A stretch of DNA of 64,000 nucleotides, taken from NCBI RefSeq assembly GCF_902459465.1, contig NC_047067.1:1550001-1614000 (forward strand). The letters are read 5' to 3'. A program made the position numbers and the translations under genes. Position 1 is the first letter of the stretch, and each line of letters starts with the position of its first letter. Shown in pieces: positions 61,356-64,000 of the stretch. The stretch is from Asterias rubens. Its lineage: Eukaryota. The notes under the pieces are model-generated. The model did not search any database. It was not told the DNA's origin and saw only the letters and a program-made list of their open reading frames with translations.

Positions 61356-63200
61356 ATGGCGTCTATGGAAGACTATACCGAGGGCTTGAGGGCGTCTCTC
61401 AATCAGAGAATGGAGCATGCCCTCAACGACAACACGGTGAAAGTAAGTGACATCTTATCAAAGACGCATGCGCAAATGGTTGCCGATTTGACCGATCCAA
61501 GGGAGTGGTATTACTCGGATGCTCATAGGTACCTGATCGATTTACTCCATATAAACTATGGTGGTTCACAACGAAAAGGCATTAGGTTCCAGACCAACCC
61601 TAAAATTTCTAGCGTTGATCATACGGACAGTAACAAGCCAAAGGTCAAAGGTCATAATGTCAACTATTCCAAAGTTGAGAGAAACATGCACGTACATCAC
61701 AAGCGAGACACGACTAGGCCTAAGGCATCTGAAGAACCATGTTTTGACGGAACAGACGCAATGATACGATACAGGAGGCAGAAAGCACTTGCCAGAAATT
61801 CTAAGAACGCGCATGGTGCTAGTAAACATTACCAACAGTTTGGAAGTGAGACTTTTGCCGAAAACACAGGGAGGCGTTTTTTGCCGATACACCATAGACC
61901 CCCAAAGGTTGCCGAAAAACAGCCAACTGGTCTAAACGAATTAACTGTACTACCCAGTACCGCAGCGCAGGAACACTCCCCAGATCTGACCCCACCTCGA
62001 CACAGCGAGACACGTGCACCAGCAAAGCAGGCGAAAATTCGAAAATTCGTTTTCCCGCCTGAATCGCAGGAGAAAGGCTCACATCACGACAGTGAAGTAG
62101 TCGTTTATGACCGGTGGATACAACACATCGCAGGCGACAAATCTCTGCCTGAGACGACCTACGGGATTCTCAAGAAAAACGACCGGTGCACTGGGCGGGA
62201 AAAATCAATCATTCTCCAAACTCCCACAAACTCTAAGTCAACACAAACTGACGGTGAGAACGGTGGCGGGAAAGTCAAACTCTTCTCCATTCCTCTCAAA
62301 CTGTCCCCGAACTCGGAATTACATGGCCGTAAAAGGCCTCACACATCTGCCCTCAATCTCAAGTCATCCCAGGGGTCGAGAGATTTCGCCATATTTGGCC
62401 GAGCTCGAAGCCCGCGCAATGATACCAATTTCAAATCTCTCCTCGATAACGCCAAGAAGCGTTTGACGGAAATCGAAAGGCAGCTTCATGGATTGTGTGT
62501 TGAAAGTGGGATTATTCACAAATCAGCGTCAACCAATGCCCAAGTCGTACGGGATAGTTTAACATCTCAGCGGGCAGATGCAGCGGACAATCTACCCGGG
62601 GAAGACGGGGGTTACAGTAAAACCACTCAAATCAAATCTGTAGACGTCGGTACAGTAACCCCGTCTGAATGGTACACCGTCAGTAAACCATTGAAACAGC
62701 ACAACTCTGACGTAAAAACTGTGAACATGAAAAGCTACGTCACACCATGGAGGAATAAATTAGATTCCTCCATGGTCACACCAGACATGCTGAACGTAAC
62801 ATCCCAACACTCGCGTTATCAACGTCATGTCACCTTCGCAAAGAGCGCCCTCATTCACCCCGTTAAACTAGTCCGTCCTCAAACAAACCAGCGATGGAAC
62901 TCTCACGAGACTGCTCGAGAGAACGGGAGTTTTGCAACGACTTCAGATTTACTGGTTGAATCACTTGACAATGTGGATACATCTGGGGAGATCGCTGAGA
63001 GGGTAAATATTCCCTCTCCCAAAGGAATAAGAAATTCACAGAAGGAGGAGGAATTAAAGATGTTATTGAGAACGTGTTCGCTGACACCGAGTCCTAGGAA
63101 ACAAACAGCGAAAAATGAAACGTCCCTGGAAAAAGGAGAGTTTGATGTGGAGATGTTGGAATCAACTGAATCAAACAACTCTAGTTTTACCGATAGTTAA
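61356..63200 (+). CDS. Uncharacterised 614-aa basic, likely disordered protein, single coding exon
   Basis: 1845 nt ORF; accATGg context with in-frame TAA at 61350; acceptor tttgatttttttccAG at 61301-61302; candidate upstream donor CTG|GTGAGT at 58004. Confidence 0.82.
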   Translation: MASMEDYTEGLRASLNQRMEHALNDNTVKVSDILSKTHAQMVADLTDPREWYYSDAHRYLIDLLHINYGGSQRKGIRFQTNPKISSVDHTDSNKPKVKGHNVNYSKVERNMHVHHKRDTTRPKASEEPCFDGTDAMIRYRRQKALARNSKNAHGASKHYQQFGSETFAENTGRRFLPIHHRPPKVAEKQPTGLNELTVLPSTAAQEHSPDLTPPRHSETRAPAKQAKIRKFVFPPESQEKGSHHDSEVVVYDRWIQHIAGDKSLPETTYGILKKNDRCTGREKSIILQTPTNSKSTQTDGENGGGKVKLFSIPLKLSPNSELHGRKRPHTSALNLKSSQGSRDFAIFGRARSPRNDTNFKSLLDNAKKRLTEIERQLHGLCVESGIIHKSASTNAQVVRDSLTSQRADAADNLPGEDGGYSKTTQIKSVDVGTVTPSEWYTVSKPLKQHNSDVKTVNMKSYVTPWRNKLDSSMVTPDMLNVTSQHSRYQRHVTFAKSALIHPVKLVRPQTNQRWNSHETARENGSFATTSDLLVESLDNVDTSGEIAERVNIPSPKGIRNSQKEEELKMLLRTCSLTPSPRKQTAKNETSLEKGEFDVEMLESTESNNSSFTDS

Positions 63201-63244
63201 GACGAGTTTATCAACCAATACATTAAGCTGACACCGGACCGGTG

Positions 63245-63400
63245 TCGCATGCAATTATGTCCTCTATGCAATACTATCCGGAGGACATTATTGCATATGC
63301 AACAATGTCCGCCGGACGGTTTTGCATATGCAATCGTGTCCGCCTGGACGCTACTGCATAATGCAATTGTGTCCGCCCCCGTGCAAAACCGTCTTGCAAT
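63245..63400 (+). repeat. Minisatellite, ~31-33 bp unit (tgcatatgcaa..gtgtccgcc.ggac), 4-5 degenerate copies
   Basis: TTGCATATGCAA at 63291 and 63322; further degenerate units on both sides. Confidence 0.8.
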
Positions 63401-64000
63401 CAACTAAACGCCCTTGGTCGACGGAACACGTTCGCCATCTTTTTACAAGCTAGGTAAATATCAAGAATGAAATGGGAAATGTTCCGCCGTTGGGTATTCG
63501 CTGCAATCCTAAATAATATAGGCCTCTTAAACGATAGTTAGTTCTTTTTTACATGTAAATATATGCTGTTTTCAGCTTTTGCTTGATTTTGGTTTTTTTT
63601 TTTCCTTGTAGGGTTTTCCACCTGTATTGTAAATTGTTTTTTGCCTGTTGTCTGTATAGTTTGTCTAATTTGTTAAATTGATCACCCCTTTTTGTTCAAT
63701 GCTTTAAAGGGTTTGGGTATAGTTTGTGTAGTCCTTAATGTTTTAATATGTTTTGATTTACTAATGTTATTTTAATTCCTTGCCTGTATGTAGAGTTCTC
63801 CGGTATTTTAATGATTTTTGTTGTTCTTGTGTGTTGTTGCGGTCGGTTAAACATTTCCTTTTTAATATATAGACGGATTGCGATGCGCGTCGTTGGCAGC
63901 CATCTTTGATGTAACAATGGATTTCAAAGTGTGCCCGTACTACGCACAACTCTGAGCCAGTAATGGCTTTTTCACGCGTTCACTTTCATCAAGGATGGCG

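Noticed and set aside
63245-63400. 31-33 bp repeats (and the 33 bp pair at 40990) as a CRISPR array
   Set aside because: No unique spacers, units are degenerate and adjacent, no cas genes, and the context is eukaryotic with introns.

Overview
AT-rich metazoan genomic DNA with spliceosomal GT-AG introns. The MITE/SINE repertoire looks echinoderm/sea-star-like to me, but that is a low-certainty recollection, not something I can verify. The only gene I recognise is a 3-exon ZNF593 (Bud20 orthologue, C2H2-type 60S export factor). It appears twice because an ~11.5 kb block (15377-26855 vs 27356-38868) is repeated on both sides of a 500-N gap, most likely an uncollapsed-haplotype assembly duplication. 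Four long ORFs, each almost entirely in one exon, encode proteins I cannot assign to any family; all are low-complexity and S/R/T/H/P-rich: 365 aa (-, duplicated), 502 aa, ~527-553 aa and 614 aa (+). The last two carry PP1-docking-like RVxF motifs and have RFX X-box-like sites upstream. The rest is dense with non-autonomous elements: TTAA-flanked Kolobok-like MITEs, CWG-flanked PIF/Harbinger-like MITEs, tRNA-derived SINEs and L2-clade LINE 3' fragments, several nested in each other. I found no CRISPR array, rRNA or intact tRNA. The most promising biology is the orphan gene cluster, a possible RFX-regulated cilium/sperm module with PP1 docking; this is a hypothesis only.
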